64,000 nt of DNA from a virus (Duplodnaviria > Caudoviricetes). Shown here piece by piece: positions 27,607-36,519 of the stretch; position 1 is the stretch's first letter; the number at the start of each line of letters is the position of its first letter. A program made the translations under genes and the position numbers. The notes beneath the pieces were generated by a model, which searched no databases, was not told the DNA's origin, and worked only from the letters and a program-made list of their open reading frames with translations. Location of the stretch: the IMG/VR virus record IMGVR_UViG_3300037067_012588. The stretch is one strand, 5' to 3'.

Positions 27607-28053
27607 TCATGACGTCACCGGGCTTCCGACAACGTGCTCAATCTGAAACGGGCATTTGGCGAGAAACTTATCAAACATCGCCTTGACGCCAACAACGACA
27701 TTCGGAGCCTTTGGGCATCCTCGCAAGAGATCATACTTCAAAAAGTCTTCCCGCCAATGGTCAGTTGTTGTCTCCATGTTATCAAAACCATGCTTCTCCT
27801 CGATACAGGCAAAGCAAATGTCAACCTGAAGCCTTGGGCGAATCTTTTTGGCACGCTTGCCGTTTACCGAACAATACTTCTCGGCAGCCAACAAGCCAAC
27901 AGAGCGTTTCGATGTCCAGCTAAACCCCTTGCCAGAGCAATTGTAAACGTATCCAAGCGCAAAGCACTCTTCGAGCCTGCTCACGAAATAATCCTGAGAC
28001 GCCCCATGATGACTGTTGCGGAGACATTTTTTGCATGTTTTGAGGTCACACAT
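27607..28053 (-). CDS. CPxxxEH family, two-domain
   Basis: TCKKC...DICFAC...CPFQIEH. Confidence 0.8.
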   Translation of the reverse strand: MCDLKTCKKCLRNSHHGASQDYFVSRLEECFALGYVYNCSGKGFSWTSKRSVGLLAAEKYCSVNGKRAKKIRPRLQVDICFACIEEKHGFDNMETTTDHWREDFLKYDLLRGCPKAPNVVVGVKAMFDKFLAKCPFQIEHVVGSPVTS

Positions 28054-28492
28054 CGTTCATCTCGCAAACAATTTGCTCAAGGTAATATTGGCACTCAGTG
28101 GCAAGTGTTTTCGCCACTACAGGGTGAGACATTGTCGTTCCAATGCAGTACCCATCTGCCGACAACACGCAACAATTCAATATACCACGCTTCACAAAGT
28201 CTTCTCGCCATATCTTCTTCTGGGCTTTGGTGAATTTGTTGCGCATGAAAACACAAGCCTCGCAAACCTCTACCTGAAGAAACTTGTCGGTCTTCTTGTG
28301 TTTTCCAGCGGACGGACAGCGCAACTTTGCGACACCAATACCAATGTCAGTTGCATTACCATCAATGGGACAAAGAGGGATATAGCCACAATCCTTCATG
28401 GAGCATTCAAGATTTATAAGAGCTTGGTCACGTCCGACGGAAGGCAAGAATCGCCGCTCATAGCACGCCTTGCATTTTCTATACGTACACAT
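28046..28492 (-). CDS. CPxxxEH family, two-domain
   Basis: CKAC...EVCEAC...CQYYLEQ. Confidence 0.8.
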   Translation of the reverse strand: MCTYRKCKACYERRFLPSVGRDQALINLECSMKDCGYIPLCPIDGNATDIGIGVAKLRCPSAGKHKKTDKFLQVEVCEACVFMRNKFTKAQKKIWREDFVKRGILNCCVLSADGYCIGTTMSHPVVAKTLATECQYYLEQIVCEMNDV

Positions 28493-29017
28493 TCAGCTAT
28501 CCTTATCATTCTCTTCCGAGCACATTATGTGCTCAGTGGCATATGGGCACAGGTTTGTCGAGATAATATGGTTGGCAATATAGTTCACACCGAAAACATG
28601 AATGTCTTTCTTAAGAGTGCCTTTCTTACGATTACCTTGGAGCAAATCAAGATAGCCATCTGGGTTTGACGATATTATGCAGTAATAAACAACCCCTCTT
28701 TCGAAGTCCCTCTTGAAATCTCTCAACAATATCGAAGGCGCAGCATACCGAAGATTTCTTCTTAAGAAACACGCCAGACAAACCTCATAGCTCAGCTTTA
28801 TCGGGATTTTTTTCCTAAAGCCTTGCGTGCATTTTCTTCTCGCAAACTCATGACCAACAAGAACATGACCGCCAATAGTTTTCTTCGGGCAATCAGGACA
28901 GTCATATACAACTCCGAAAGGGAAATGATGACGGACTAAAGACTTTTCTCCCCGATTCTTTCGCTTCGGACAGTTAGCGCAGCCTTCGGCACTGAATCGA
29001 TGATTTTGGGTTTTCAA
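28493..29017 (-). CDS. CPxxxEH family, two-domain
   Basis: CANC...EVCLAC...CPYATEH. Confidence 0.8.
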   Translation of the reverse strand: MKTQNHRFSAEGCANCPKRKNRGEKSLVRHHFPFGVVYDCPDCPKKTIGGHVLVGHEFARRKCTQGFRKKIPIKLSYEVCLACFLRRNLRYAAPSILLRDFKRDFERGVVYYCIISSNPDGYLDLLQGNRKKGTLKKDIHVFGVNYIANHIISTNLCPYATEHIMCSEENDKDS

Positions 29018-29238
29018 TGCTTGTTTACCTTCTGAGAAACAACATGCTCTGTTTCGTAAGGGCAGCCTTTAGGAACGCCGCTTTGAACCGAACGCCAGCT
29101 ATGAAAGTTCTCTGCCCCAACCTTGCACGCATCGCAATAGAGGCTACCATTTTCAAAGGCTTTAATGAAAGCCTTTGTCAGCTTGAACGATTGCGGACAG
29201 CGCAAGCATACGTCCAAAATAGGTATGACTCTTTTCAT
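29014..29238 (-). CDS. CPxxxEH family
   Basis: DVCLRC...GSLYC...CPYETEHVVSQ. Confidence 0.8.
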   Translation of the reverse strand: MKRVIPILDVCLRCPQSFKLTKAFIKAFENGSLYCDACKVGAENFHSWRSVQSGVPKGCPYETEHVVSQKVNKH

Positions 29239-29486
29239 TGTGCGCCAGCCTCTTGACTCATCACCAGTTCGACAAGATAAGGGCAACTCTGAGCTATGTC
29301 TTCTGGTAAGTCTAATGAAATACATCGCTTCATAAGATTTCTGCCAACATCGACAGGACACGAATACAAAAGATACTTTTCAAACAGCTCTATCCAAACA
29401 CACATATCCCAAAAAGACACGTCGGGGTTCTTTTCACGCCAATGATTGAGAACGCATAGATAGCAAATCGACTTTATGGCTTTCAT
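29235..29486 (-). CDS. CPxxxEH family
   Basis: SICYLC...CP...CPYLVEL. Confidence 0.75.
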   Translation of the reverse strand: MKAIKSICYLCVLNHWREKNPDVSFWDMCVWIELFEKYLLYSCPVDVGRNLMKRCISLDLPEDIAQSCPYLVELVMSQEAGAQ

Positions 29487-29488
29487 CG

Positions 29489-29716
29489 TTACCTGCACGA
29501 GTTGCAAAAACAGGGCTCGTTGTTTTCATCCGCAAGCTCGCAACACCCAACCCACCAATCGCAGTTTGGGCATCGCTCATAGTTGTTGTTTGCCATGATT
29601 TCCTCAATCTTGGAAATCGTTATGTCATACTCATCAGCGACAACGGAATCACTTAAACCAGAAGTGTCCTTGAGCTTACAGAAAATCCGATTTTCGTCTT
29701 CGTCAGAGAGTGACAT
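29489..29716 (-). CDS. small Zn-finger protein
   Basis: CPNCDWW...CNSC. Confidence 0.6.
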   Translation of the reverse strand: MSLSDEDENRIFCKLKDTSGLSDSVVADEYDITISKIEEIMANNNYERCPNCDWWVGCCELADENNEPCFCNSCR

Positions 29717-29939
29717 TCTTTCCGCCTTCTGGCTGCAGTATGATGATTTCTTCTGCATACGGACACCACTGTTCAAAGCCTTCAGGGAGCACATACGTTC
29801 TTGTGTCGTCCCTCCCGCCAAGAATCCTCAAAGCACCTTGACACTTGCCAATATAGCGACAATCGAAACTTTTGTCAGATTCGCATCGCAATATCGTGAC
29901 CTCGATACACTTCCGACAAACAGCATAGACGGTCTTCAT
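29703..29939 (-). CDS. CPxxxEH family
   Basis: AVCRKC...C...CPYAEE. Confidence 0.7.
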   Translation of the reverse strand: MKTVYAVCRKCIEVTILRCESDKSFDCRYIGKCQGALRILGGRDDTRTYVLPEGFEQWCPYAEEIIILQPEGGKNVTL

Positions 29940-30106
29940 TTGCCCTTGCGCTCTTCTCTTGCAAGGAACATCGCAACCGTTCCCAACTCGATAGCAGCGA
30001 CCGCCAACGCCACAGCAAAGACCTCAGTTACCGTAACCGGCCAGCGCATGAAGCACAGAAGAAACATACCATATAGAAACGGAAAAAGCCAAATCAGACG
30101 ATTCAT
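29936..30106 (-). CDS. small 2-TM protein
   Basis: hand-translated 56 aa, ATGA overlaps. Confidence 0.55.
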   Translation of the reverse strand: MNRLIWLFPFLYGMFLLCFMRWPVTVTEVFAVALAVAAIELGTVAMFLAREERKGK

Positions 30107-30279
30107 GTTCTTGCCCTTTTCTTTCTATCCCTTGTCAGTTTGTCCCACTTCGCCCACGCTTCAGTCTTGGTCTGCATTGCTTTCGTTTCACGGCTACAGG
30201 AGCCGCTACAGCGAACAATATAGCCACTTGCCGCTTGAACCATCGAGACACGCTTTCCACAATAACAGAGCCGTCCCAT
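30103..30279 (-). CDS. small Lar-like Zn protein
   Basis: hand-translated 58 aa CYCG...VRCSGSC...AWAKW. Confidence 0.5.
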   Translation of the reverse strand: MGRLCYCGKRVSMVQAASGYIVRCSGSCSRETKAMQTKTEAWAKWDKLTRDRKKRART

Positions 30280-30672
30280 TCAAGCCTCCGTGAATTTTTC
30301 CTTACGAATACGCATCTTACCCTTGCAGGAACGGCAATCGATTACCGAATCGACGCCACGCTCCACATAGTATACAGCAAAACACTTGCACCGAGGACAA
30401 GCAAGTTCAATATAAACGCCATTCACGACTTTCTTCTGTGGACGAGTCAAGCCCTTCTCTTTGAGCCACTCTTCGCCCTCAAGGGAAATATACAGCTCAA
30501 CACCACGAACCATGTCATCGACAATCTTTTTCTCTTCGGGTGTTGGCGGTGGCAGTTCCCCATCGAGCATCTTCTGTTGCACGTCGAACGTTTTGCGAAT
30601 GATATCGACGACAATGTCCTCTCGCTCTTCGGGAGAAATCCTCAGTAGTTTTTCCCTGAGTTGGTCAAGCAT
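30280..30672 (-). CDS. Zn-ribbon protein
   Basis: CPRC...CRSC. Confidence 0.7.
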   Translation of the reverse strand: MLDQLREKLLRISPEEREDIVVDIIRKTFDVQQKMLDGELPPPTPEEKKIVDDMVRGVELYISLEGEEWLKEKGLTRPQKKVVNGVYIELACPRCKCFAVYYVERGVDSVIDCRSCKGKMRIRKEKFTEA

Positions 30673-31036
30673 TTTCCAGCCCCGCCATGATGTTGATTTT
30701 TTGACGAACCTCTTCGGTAATGAAACTCACGAACACTCTGAATTCTTTTGTCTTTTTTTCATCAGGAAGACTGTCGAGAACCTTTGCGACTTCATCTTTG
30801 ATTGCAGGAACAAGCTTTGCCCAATCAGCGGTTTGGTTTTCTGCGAAAAGCTCATCGAACATGCTGATGGGTTTTGCACTGATACACATAGAGGCTAACT
30901 CATCTATCTGTATCCCAACCTCATCCATGCGACGAATGACAAAATACTTACACAGGACATTGATTTTCCCAGACAATGGCAATGACAGGAAAATTTTACT
31001 AAAAGAACAGTAAGGGGTAAAATTGCAAGCACTCAT
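30665..31036 (-). CDS. hypothetical protein, paralog of 31049..31414
   Basis: GK..xLC.YFV and DWAK..P.IK.E shared. Confidence 0.8.
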   Translation of the reverse strand: MSACNFTPYCSFSKIFLSLPLSGKINVLCKYFVIRRMDEVGIQIDELASMCISAKPISMFDELFAENQTADWAKLVPAIKDEVAKVLDSLPDEKKTKEFRVFVSFITEEVRQKINIMAGLENA

Positions 31037-31048
31037 CGAATTTCTCCT

Positions 31049-31414
31049 TCAACGTACACCTTCAAATATAATGTGAATAAGAACCTTCTGCATGAGGTAA
31101 TTGTTAATTTCATTCAGTTTTTGTTCGTCTAGGTAACACACATTGCCCTTAAACATCTTACGAAAACCTTTGTTAATTTCCCTTTTGATTAAAGGAATAC
31201 GTTTCGCCCAATCTGAATCACGATTCGTTTCGATAAGTTCTTCAATGACCATTGATTCTTCAATGACTATGTCTTTGGTAGTGTTTTCAAGGTCGAACCC
31301 AAGAGCGTTCAATTTCACGACGACAAAATACCGACACAGCGTAGCTAACTTTCCATCCATCGTAAGCAATTCAAACAGCTCGTTAAACTTGTCAACGTTA
31401 GCATTGCAACTCAT
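31049..31414 (-). CDS. hypothetical protein, paralog of 30665..31036
   Basis: same motifs; identical 22-bp start region. Confidence 0.8.
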   Translation of the reverse strand: MSCNANVDKFNELFELLTMDGKLATLCRYFVVVKLNALGFDLENTTKDIVIEESMVIEELIETNRDSDWAKRIPLIKREINKGFRKMFKGNVCYLDEQKLNEINNYLMQKVLIHIIFEGVR

Positions 31415-31444
31415 CGAATTTCTCCTTCAAAATGGTTACGGCTC

Positions 31445-31957
31445 TCACACACGCCCATCAAGAATCTTGTTAATCTCGGCAAGACGATTGGTCAGCACCT
31501 CACGCTCTTGGAGCAAATTCTCAATCTCGTTCTTATCCATTACCTCATAAACAATCTTCGCAAAATCAGCATCAAGCTTCTTCGCAAAGGCAATCTCAAG
31601 ATCCGCAGCGGACGGAAGCGCCTCAGTCTTCGGAGCAGCCTCGATTAACGCCTTGACAACAGCATCACGGAAATCAAGAAACTGCGAACCCCAATCCCAC
31701 GTCTTCTGGTCCCACATGATACCAGACGCCTCAACCGTTCCAATATGCCCCGTATGCCCACCATTACGGGCACTGCCGAACGGGTCTTTGCTGACAATCA
31801 CCGTTCCGACACACAAATCGTACTGCTTGCCCTCGTTCAGGAAATCTCCATCGAAGGCATAGCCGTTTGTTTTCGACTTGTCGACACTTTTGATGGTTTT
31901 CGTCCAACCGACACGCCCACCAGAAGCGGTCTCATTTTTGATTGAAATTCGTGGCAT
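31445..31957 (-). CDS. hypothetical protein
   Basis: W.K.I..VDKSKTNGYAF.GDF motif, RBS. Confidence 0.75.
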   Translation of the reverse strand: MPRISIKNETASGGRVGWTKTIKSVDKSKTNGYAFDGDFLNEGKQYDLCVGTVIVSKDPFGSARNGGHTGHIGTVEASGIMWDQKTWDWGSQFLDFRDAVVKALIEAAPKTEALPSAADLEIAFAKKLDADFAKIVYEVMDKNEIENLLQEREVLTNRLAEINKILDGRV

Positions 31958-31968
31958 TCAAACACCTC

Positions 31969-32190
31969 TCAAAGACACGGGTCATCTTCGCCAATATCCA
32001 TAAACACGTCAGCAACAGCCTTACCCTTTGAAATTTCAACAGCCTTGATGCACTCGCTCCACCGCTCAGGATGAAGCGCAGCTTCATTCGTCTCGGGGCT
32101 TTCCTGAACGATGTTTGCTTCGGTGAAGGTACGCTCTTCAACACACCACTTCGCAAAAAGTCCGTTCGGCTGCACTACGGTCACAATCAT
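31969..32190 (-). CDS. hypothetical protein
   Basis: VVQPNGLFAKW motif. Confidence 0.65.
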   Translation of the reverse strand: MIVTVVQPNGLFAKWCVEERTFTEANIVQESPETNEAALHPERWSECIKAVEISKGKAVADVFMDIGEDDPCL

Positions 32191-32459
32191 TATTTATCCA
32201 TCCCTTCAGCATGTTCGACGACAAAATCAAAAGCGAGTTTTTTCACCAGCGACTCTGCAACCGAAAGAGCGGAAGAACCATCAATGCCGTCGTCGTGATA
32301 CATTTGCGCAAGCTGACGAACAAAGCCACCACTCAGAAGGATGGACGTTGAACCAAAATCGATAAGCTCTGCACACATCTCGTTCAGGTGAGCCTTGCAG
32401 AAATCAACCTTTTCGGAATGCTTTTTTGACATTTCTGACATTTTCTTTCTCCCTGCCAT
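32190..32459 (-). CDS. hypothetical protein, paralog of 4036..4272
   Basis: GFVRQLAQMYHDDG shared. Confidence 0.8.
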   Translation of the reverse strand: MAGRKKMSEMSKKHSEKVDFCKAHLNEMCAELIDFGSTSILLSGGFVRQLAQMYHDDGIDGSSALSVAESLVKKLAFDFVVEHAEGMDK

Positions 32460-32475
32460 TATGGGTTCGTCTTTT

Positions 32476-32517
32476 CACAGAAGAGCATCGTCCAAGGGAG
32501 AAATTTCTGGAAAGAAA
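32476..32517 (-). promoter_or_regulatory. GGACGAT promoter-like repeat, copy 6
   Basis: near-identical to copy 1. Confidence 0.7.
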
Positions 32518-32522
32518 TATGC

Positions 32523-32810
32523 CTAAAATTCGTCTTCTTCTTCAAGAAGCTGCTCAAGACGATAAACACAGTCCTTCGGCACAGGACAGAATTTGTGGAA
32601 AGACAAAGAAAGCACTGCAGCTTGACACGGACACCACCGTATTTCGTTCTTGTCCCAAAACTCTTTCCCGCTTGGGAAGTTGCCAAGACGATTATCCCAG
32701 AGTTTTTCAGGCTCTGGGATTTCGGGCTTATCCTTCGCTTGGTCTGCAATGTAACACAGACGGCACAACCTCTCCGAAAGCACGTCACTCTCCTTCGTAG
32801 AGCAACCCAC
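32523..32810 (-). CDS. CPxxxEH family
   Basis: LCRLC...WCPC...CVYRLEQ. Confidence 0.75.
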   Translation of the reverse strand: MGCSTKESDVLSERLCRLCYIADQAKDKPEIPEPEKLWDNRLGNFPSGKEFWDKNEIRWCPCQAAVLSLSFHKFCPVPKDCVYRLEQLLEEEDEF

Positions 32811-33030
32811 AAGACTGACAGGTTTTCTCTTGACGCTCCTTGAAATCCTGCATTATCATATTATACAGCTCACAGTGAGACAGGACGAACTTGTCCGCAT
32901 CCACTCTCAGCCTCGCCATTGCACTGTCAAACCTTCCATCAGCAAGGTCTTTCGCACCCAACACAACAACCGTGAAAATCTGTAGGCTTGGGTCTGCGAG
33001 AATTTGCGACAGCCTTTCCTTGTCAATCAT
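32785..33030 (-). CDS. hypothetical protein
   Basis: ORF in gene chain. Confidence 0.6.
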   Translation of the reverse strand: MIDKERLSQILADPSLQIFTVVVLGAKDLADGRFDSAMARLRVDADKFVLSHCELYNMIMQDFKERQEKTCQSCGLLYEGE

Positions 33031-33046
33031 TTCACTTTCCCCTGCT

Positions 33047-33445
33047 TCACGACTGAGAGCCGCCGCTGACGTCCGAGACAATATTTCCACACCCAGTTTT
33101 CCCACAGCTCACCGAGCCGCCAGCAACAACATTTCCACCGACATTGTTGCCACGCACAGAGCCGCCAGCATTGACGTTGCCGCCAACGTGGCAGCAATTC
33201 ACCGAGCCACCAGCCTTGACGCTGCCCTGAACGTTGTCGCAATACACAGAACCATCAGTCAACAGAACCTGCTCTAGAAAAAATGGGCAATTTAGAGGAG
33301 GAGTCATATCCCATGTGACCTTTCCCGCCCCTTCGCAAGTCCAACTGAAATCGGAGTAGACGCCCTTGGTAAAAATCCCATACGGCTCACCAATTTGAGC
33401 GCAATATCTTTTGCAAGACTTTTTGCAAAAAGCCCTGTCTATCAT
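33047..33445 (-). CDS. CPxxxEH domain fused to beta-helix-like repeats
   Basis: CKKSC...C...CPFFLEQ then 16-aa GGSVxxxxVGGNVxA repeats. Confidence 0.75.
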   Translation of the reverse strand: MIDRAFCKKSCKRYCAQIGEPYGIFTKGVYSDFSWTCEGAGKVTWDMTPPLNCPFFLEQVLLTDGSVYCDNVQGSVKAGGSVNCCHVGGNVNAGGSVRGNNVGGNVVAGGSVSCGKTGCGNIVSDVSGGSQS

Positions 33446-33606
33446 GTCTCTTTCGATTCGTTGGTAGCCTTTGTGAGGTTGAACGCAGCTTCCTTGAAAA
33501 CATTCGTCATGAAGGTCGAATACACCAACCCACGCTCCTTCGCAATCTCTTTCATGGCATCACGAAGATACTTCGGAAGCTTGATTGTTACGGAAATATC
33601 ATTCAT
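33442..33606 (-). CDS. ribbon-helix-helix (CopG-like) DNA-binding protein
   Basis: SVTIKLPKYLRDAMKEIAKERGL.YSTF. Confidence 0.6.
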   Translation of the reverse strand: MNDISVTIKLPKYLRDAMKEIAKERGLVYSTFMTNVFKEAAFNLTKATNESKET

Positions 33607-33862
33607 CTTTTTTCTCCTGCGAAATAACATGCTCTGTTGCGAACGGACACATTGCAAAAAGCTCTTCAAACCCATCAATGGAGACCCTAGCGCAGAAAGA
33701 ACCGTAACACACCGTTCTGCACATGATATATCCAGAAGCAAAAGCCCTGTCAAAATCTTCCATCGACAGCCCAAAAGCACTATCGTATTTGTTCAGCAAA
33801 TGAAATCGTTGCTGAAAACACGCCCTACAGACATCTTTGTCTGGACTCATGACTACCCGCAT
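33599..33862 (-). CDS. CPxxxEH family
   Basis: KDVCRAC...GYIMC...CPFATEHVISQ. Confidence 0.8.
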   Translation of the reverse strand: MRVVMSPDKDVCRACFQQRFHLLNKYDSAFGLSMEDFDRAFASGYIMCRTVCYGSFCARVSIDGFEELFAMCPFATEHVISQEKKDE

Positions 33863-34050
33863 TCGTTTCCAAACTTATCGTAACGAACCTTCCCGCCGCT
33901 TGGACCGCCAAACACAACAATAGACGAACCATCGGAAAACTCCAACCGACACTCAGCGCAGTTTGAGTGGTCACGCTTGCCTTTACGATAGTCAGACCCC
34001 TCTTGGAGCGAGTCAAAATCTTCCATGCACAAGGGCTTTTCGTCAATCAT
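33853..34050 (-). CDS. hypothetical protein
   Basis: GGAGG RBS. Confidence 0.55.
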   Translation of the reverse strand: MIDEKPLCMEDFDSLQEGSDYRKGKRDHSNCAECRLEFSDGSSIVVFGGPSGGKVRYDKFGNECG

Positions 34051-34403
34051 TATACCTCCAAGAGCGAAAGAAGTTTCAGACATTGTGCCTCATCGAACAT
34101 TGCGATGTGGGCTTTCGAACCATCCAACTCCATCTTCTCTTGTAACCACTGATAGGCTTCCTTGCGACTCATCTTGCCGCCGTTCTTCCACAGCCTATCA
34201 AACCCATCGTGGCAGCGCACACGCAAGGCACGGACGTTCTTTGGCGCAGGGATGCCTAACGGGTTCCTCGTGCCGGGATGAACGCCTACAGCCCCGCCAC
34301 AGCCCGTCTCAGACCACATCTCGCAACCATAGAAGCCGCCAAACTTCGATTTCTTCCAAATAAGCTCTGCCCCACAATCAGGGCAGAGCAGTTTTGCCTT
34401 CAT
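34050..34403 (-). CDS. DUF3268-like zinc-finger protein
   Basis: CPDCG...C...VGVHPGT..PLG...H..FDRLW...HIAMFD..QC. Confidence 0.75.
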   Translation of the reverse strand: MKAKLLCPDCGAELIWKKSKFGGFYGCEMWSETGCGGAVGVHPGTRNPLGIPAPKNVRALRVRCHDGFDRLWKNGGKMSRKEAYQWLQEKMELDGSKAHIAMFDEAQCLKLLSLLEV

Positions 34404-34413
34404 GGTGTTCCCT

Positions 34414-34752
34414 TCAGTAGTTGAACGACTTCTCAGCTTCAGCGGACAACTCAACCTCCATCCGCTCAAGTGAAGCCTCAACTCCGTCAACACGAACGAC
34501 ATAGACAACAGCGCACTTCTTTTCATCGAACCGTGTTTCCAGTACCATCGCCTTCTTGTTGTTCATCCGCAGATAGACGATGTCACCAGAAGAGAAAACT
34601 GGTTTGTTCTTTTTCTCCTTGGCTAACGCCTCAGCATGGTTTCTTTCTGCCAAAGCCTTGGCTCGTGCCAATGCTGGAACCAGAATAGCAGCCAGAATAC
34701 CAAGAATTGCAAGGATAATAGCAAACTCGATGAATGTAAAACCCTTCTTCAT
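34414..34752 (-). CDS. type IV prepilin-like protein
   Basis: MKKG|FTFIE class III signal, hydrophobic helix, PALARAK. Confidence 0.8.
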   Translation of the reverse strand: MKKGFTFIEFAIILAILGILAAILVPALARAKALAERNHAEALAKEKKNKPVFSSGDIVYLRMNNKKAMVLETRFDEKKCAVVYVVRVDGVEASLERMEVELSAEAEKSFNY

Positions 34753-35453
34753 ACTGTCAACCCCCTTTCTCCCGCAAGGTGCATTTCGGCAGATTCGCCC
34801 ATCTTCTTGCCATGACTCGCCCAATCCACCCACGAATCCAAGGCGAAATTGGCAAAAATCGGGTTGCCATACTTGGCGTGCCATTCCTTCACGTCAGCCC
34901 GAAGGCGTTCAAGGATGTCAATCTGAACGTTGTAGCTGTTTTCACCACCCCAACCATCATTGAAAACCGAACCGACAACCTTGCCATTCAGGGTGATTTT
35001 TGCAGAGAAGGGTATGGAATCGTCATGCCCATGCTGACGCTTGTACGAAGTGATGTCCCACTTGTCCATTTCGCTCGGTTCATCAGCCTTCGGCGCAGCC
35101 GCTGGGGTGAATGAACTTGCGGGTGCTTTGACCCACGACGAACCACCTTCAAAGAACACCTTCATGAACGGACGGTTGATTTTGTATGTGACCTTGTCGA
35201 CAATACCAAGATGAGTCTCGCCCTTCACGGTGTAGTTAACCCAGTCGCCCTTCTTGAACTGGCAGGGAACCAATTCGGGGAGCGGAGCGGCACTCAGACG
35301 GAAATTCTTTTCCATCGACCTGATAGCACCGCCACCATTGTCGATGTTCATTCTGACCATACGATACACACCCTTGTCTTGGATGTTGCTGATGATACCG
35401 TACAGGGTCTTACCATTGTGGTCGATTTCGGCTCGCATTCCCTTACCAAGCAT
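34749..35453 (-). CDS. hypothetical protein
   Basis: 234 aa, AAGGAG RBS, NDGWGG motif. Confidence 0.75.
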   Translation of the reverse strand: MLGKGMRAEIDHNGKTLYGIISNIQDKGVYRMVRMNIDNGGGAIRSMEKNFRLSAAPLPELVPCQFKKGDWVNYTVKGETHLGIVDKVTYKINRPFMKVFFEGGSSWVKAPASSFTPAAAPKADEPSEMDKWDITSYKRQHGHDDSIPFSAKITLNGKVVGSVFNDGWGGENSYNVQIDILERLRADVKEWHAKYGNPIFANFALDSWVDWASHGKKMGESAEMHLAGERGLTV

Positions 35454-35483
35454 GGCGTTTCTCCTTTGAAGGCGTCATTGCCT

Positions 35484-35526
35484 ATAGAAGAACATCGTCC
35501 ATAGGAAGATATTCTGTGAAAGAAAA
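35484..35526 (-). promoter_or_regulatory. GGACGAT promoter-like repeat, copy 7
   Basis: GGACGATGTTCTTCT core. Confidence 0.65.
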
Positions 35527-35543
35527 TGAGACTTATTTGCGAA

Positions 35544-36239
35544 TTACAGCAAAGGGACTGTCCTTCCCCTTTTGGAGTTTACCAATACGTCAAGGAATTT
35601 TTCATGACGGCGTTTTTTTGCCTTCGCCTTACGGGCTTCCTTTTCGGCAAGCCGTTGTTCGGGAGTGATTTTGGCAACCTGAATCATTTCCTTCGTGGTT
35701 CTGTTGTAAATCCATACGCCAGACTCTGTCGGACTGATGCCAGCTTCTCTTGCGTCATTCCCCCAGCAGCCCTTGTGCCAGTATGTCCGAACCTCGTTAC
35801 CCATATTGCCCCAGCAAGCATATTCACCCTGAATGGAATTCAGCATCCGTTCGAGTTCTGCCAGAGTTTTTGCAGCGGCATAGACATGCAACTCTGCGCT
35901 ATAACAAAGCCAGCAGCGACCGTTCCAAACATTGAGTCCGTGTTCGGCAGCAACCTTGGCTTCAGACACAGAGCTTGACAAAACAGCCGTTACAGGCTTC
36001 ACAACCTCAGCCGTTGCAACAACCTCTTGTGACTTGCTCGGATGGTTTTGCTTGGCATCGAGAATGTATCCACGAACCTTGCTCTCGGCGTTCCGCATGG
36101 ATATAATCCAACGCTGAGAATCAGGAGCACTCGGGTCCAAGACAACGCCAGAATCAATGGACTCAATCTCGGCAATAAACCCTCGACAAGCACGAAGAAA
36201 AGCATCGCAGTTCTCACTGTCTGTTGGCATCTTCGACAT
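35544..36239 (-). CDS. hypothetical protein
   Basis: 231 aa, AAGGAG RBS. Confidence 0.75.
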   Translation of the reverse strand: MSKMPTDSENCDAFLRACRGFIAEIESIDSGVVLDPSAPDSQRWIISMRNAESKVRGYILDAKQNHPSKSQEVVATAEVVKPVTAVLSSSVSEAKVAAEHGLNVWNGRCWLCYSAELHVYAAAKTLAELERMLNSIQGEYACWGNMGNEVRTYWHKGCWGNDAREAGISPTESGVWIYNRTTKEMIQVAKITPEQRLAEKEARKAKAKKRRHEKFLDVLVNSKRGRTVPLL

Positions 36240-36280
36240 CAGATTTTCTCCTTAAAAGCCTTCATTGAACGACAAGCTTA

Positions 36281-36320
36281 CACATTGTCATCGTCCAATG
36301 GAAGAGGTTTTTGGAATAAA
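36281..36320 (-). promoter_or_regulatory. GGACGAT promoter-like repeat, copy 8
   Basis: ATTCCA-15-GACGATG. Confidence 0.55.
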
Positions 36321-36330
36321 TTCGGATTTT

Positions 36331-36519
36331 TTACAAAATATCTTCGGGGTGTTCATATACAACAAGAACGCCTTCAAGTTTTAGGAATGGGCGCAAGCTT
36401 GAAAAACTCATAGGGAAATATGGCGAAGCTCCAACATCGACGAGCTTCTTTGCGGTTTTGGATGGATTCTTGAACCCAGCATCATCAGCAAAGGTATCGA
36501 TAACATCAAACCAGTTCAC
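36331..36519 (-). CDS. LxGVLVV microprotein family
   Basis: KLEGVLVVYE. Confidence 0.65.
   Translation of the reverse strand: MNWFDVIDTFADDAGFKNPSKTAKKLVDVGASPYFPMSFSSLRPFLKLEGVLVVYEHPEDIL

Noticed and set aside
13717-29939. Diversity-generating retroelement or integron cassette array as the source of the family
   Set aside because: No reverse transcriptase, TR/VR pair or integrase in the window; genes overlap, leaving no room for attC sites. Machinery elsewhere in the genome cannot be excluded.
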